Source: Candidatus Heimdallarchaeota archaeon
Lineage (GTDB): Archaea > Asgardarchaeota > Heimdallarchaeia > Heimdallarchaeales > Kariarchaeaceae
Length of the DNA: 6,076 bases
Assembly: GCA_030149205.1 (NCBI GenBank)
Contig: JASBSB010000012.1
Coordinates: 1-6,076 of the forward strand
Reading direction: 5' to 3'
Positions 4,907 through 6,076 of this stretch are shown here, piece after piece. Made by a program: the position numbers and the translations under genes. Within the stretch, counting starts at the first letter, position 1; the number at the start of each line of letters is the position of its first letter. The notes beneath the pieces were generated by a model. It saw only the letters and a list, made by a program, of their open reading frames with translations. It searched no databases and had not been told where the DNA came from.

Positions 4907-6070
4907 TTACAATTCTCCATTCTCCCACATCTTTTCAAAATGTTCAAGACCCTTCAAACTAAGACCAGATACCCTATAAAGTTCTACATCTGAAATAAAT
5001 TCTTTTTGTTTTGCTTCAAACAGCAGTTTAACAGACCTCCGCCCAAAATCACTTAGATATGTGCTGTAATAGTTCCCCCCTCCTTTCTTTTTAGGACGTA
5101 TCGGGGGTGTGGGAAATGAATCTCTTTGTTTATAAAACAACTTCAAATCCCTAAAGGTGTAATTCACAACTGAATAACTAACTTTAAACCTGTTAGAGAC
5201 TTTATGAAAAATAGTTTGCAACTCTTTTTCAGTCAAATTCATTCGGGAATCATCCCATCCAATTTCAGCTAAGTAATTCCTCAATTCATCATTTGGTAAC
5301 AGAAACAGAGAAGCTGTTTTGTTACAAATTCTTTCAATTTTTGGAATGGAGACTGGAGACTCTTCTGTTAACTTACTATCACCAATGCAAACCCCAGATT
5401 TATTAAGCAGAAGGTGAGTAAGTTCATGTATCAATGTAAAGTTTCTACCATAATAACTGTCCTCTTTGTTTAAAGCAATCAAGGGAAGAGGGGTTTCCGA
5501 AAATGAAAACCCTCTGGTAACTTCTAATGGGATCCCTTTAAATTGAACTGTTAAAATGTCATTGTTTTCTATGAGTTCCCTAATGTAATTTAGAGCTGCG
5601 TTATCTCTTAATTTTATTAATTTGGTATGATCAATCGAAAGTACCTCCTCAACTTTTAGTACCGTGCGCTCTATCGCTTGTTCAATGGATGTGTCCTCTA
5701 TATTTATTGACCCAACAAACTCGTATCTGTTCGTTTTAATTGATTTGAAAATTCCAGCTAGATTCTTTTTTCTTTCATAAAGTTCTCTAATAATAACCTC
5801 AAGCTTAGCAGGAATTTTTGATTTTGTACCTCTAAAATCGGGAAGATTAATGTCCACAGGAGGTTCATCCATGAGAAAGGTTGCTATGGACCTCTTATAT
5901 GCTTTTGATAATTTGAGTAGTTGGTTGAATGTTAGAACCGTCTTACCCTCCTCAACCTGCTCTAACTTTTCTGGTTTAACTCCAATTTTCTTTGCTGCCT
6001 TATCTATATCCCACCCCATTTTAAGACGACTCCATGTCAATATTTTTGGATTAACTACAGAGTCTATCAT
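4907..6070 (-). CDS. Xre-family HTH fused to an ImmA/IrrE (peptidase M78, COG2856-type) Zn metallopeptidase; putative antitoxin/regulator
   Basis: N-terminal HTH (LTWSRLKMGWDIDKAAKKIGVKPEKLEQVEEGK...LLKLSKAY) followed by PDFR. It has RNFTLIHELTH (HEXXH, H215/E216/H219) and ERICNKTASLFLLP (third-ligand Glu motif). Confidence 0.92.
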   Translation of the reverse strand: MIDSVVNPKILTWSRLKMGWDIDKAAKKIGVKPEKLEQVEEGKTVLTFNQLLKLSKAYKRSIATFLMDEPPVDINLPDFRGTKSKIPAKLEVIIRELYERKKNLAGIFKSIKTNRYEFVGSINIEDTSIEQAIERTVLKVEEVLSIDHTKLIKLRDNAALNYIRELIENNDILTVQFKGIPLEVTRGFSFSETPLPLIALNKEDSYYGRNFTLIHELTHLLLNKSGVCIGDSKLTEESPVSIPKIERICNKTASLFLLPNDELRNYLAEIGWDDSRMNLTEKELQTIFHKVSNRFKVSYSVVNYTFRDLKLFYKQRDSFPTPPIRPKKKGGGNYYSTYLSDFGRRSVKLLFEAKQKEFISDVELYRVSGLSLKGLEHFEKMWENGEL

Positions 6071-6076
6071 ACCTAC
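5943..6076. repeat. Terminal direct repeat, right copy (134 bp); implies a 5942-bp circular or tandem unit
   Basis: Identical to 1-134. Joining the ends places the 135-356 intergenic region directly upstream of the HTH-peptidase start codon. Confidence 0.98.

Noticed and set aside
4905-4928. 8-aa N-terminal extension of the PIN ORF (start 4928)
   Set aside because: It overlaps the peptidase C-terminus. ATG 4904 follows the stop by 2 nt with GGAG upstream. It is not fully excluded.

Overview
This AT-rich 6076-bp window has first and last 134 bp that are identical (1-134 = 5943-6076). It most simply represents a 5942-bp circle, or one unit of a tandem repeat or assembly loop. There are five credible genes and no replication, integrase or transposase gene. 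They are: (i) a 507-aa orphan multi-pass membrane protein (+); (ii) a translationally coupled minus-strand pair, an S8 subtilase and a membrane-anchored surface protein in which 9 of 11 Asn lie in N-glycosylation sequons, suggesting an archaeal host; (iii) a minus-strand Xre-HTH/ImmA-IrrE (M78) metallopeptidase plus DUF4411-like PIN protein, a toxin-antitoxin-like pair. Two features are not explained by the ORF track. First, a 49-bp ungapped direct repeat (1946-1994 and 4232-4280, 42/49 identical) brackets the subtilase operon as a 2286-bp cassette-like unit, and its mismatches behave like the 3' end of a protein-coding gene, which is att-like. Second, a G8 homopolymer puts a well-formed signal peptide (ATG 4012) one base out of frame with the subtilase, a candidate phase-variation switch or a sequencing error. 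Working hypothesis (inference): a non-autonomous, two-cassette circular element carrying a switchable surface protease module and a TA-type stabiliser.
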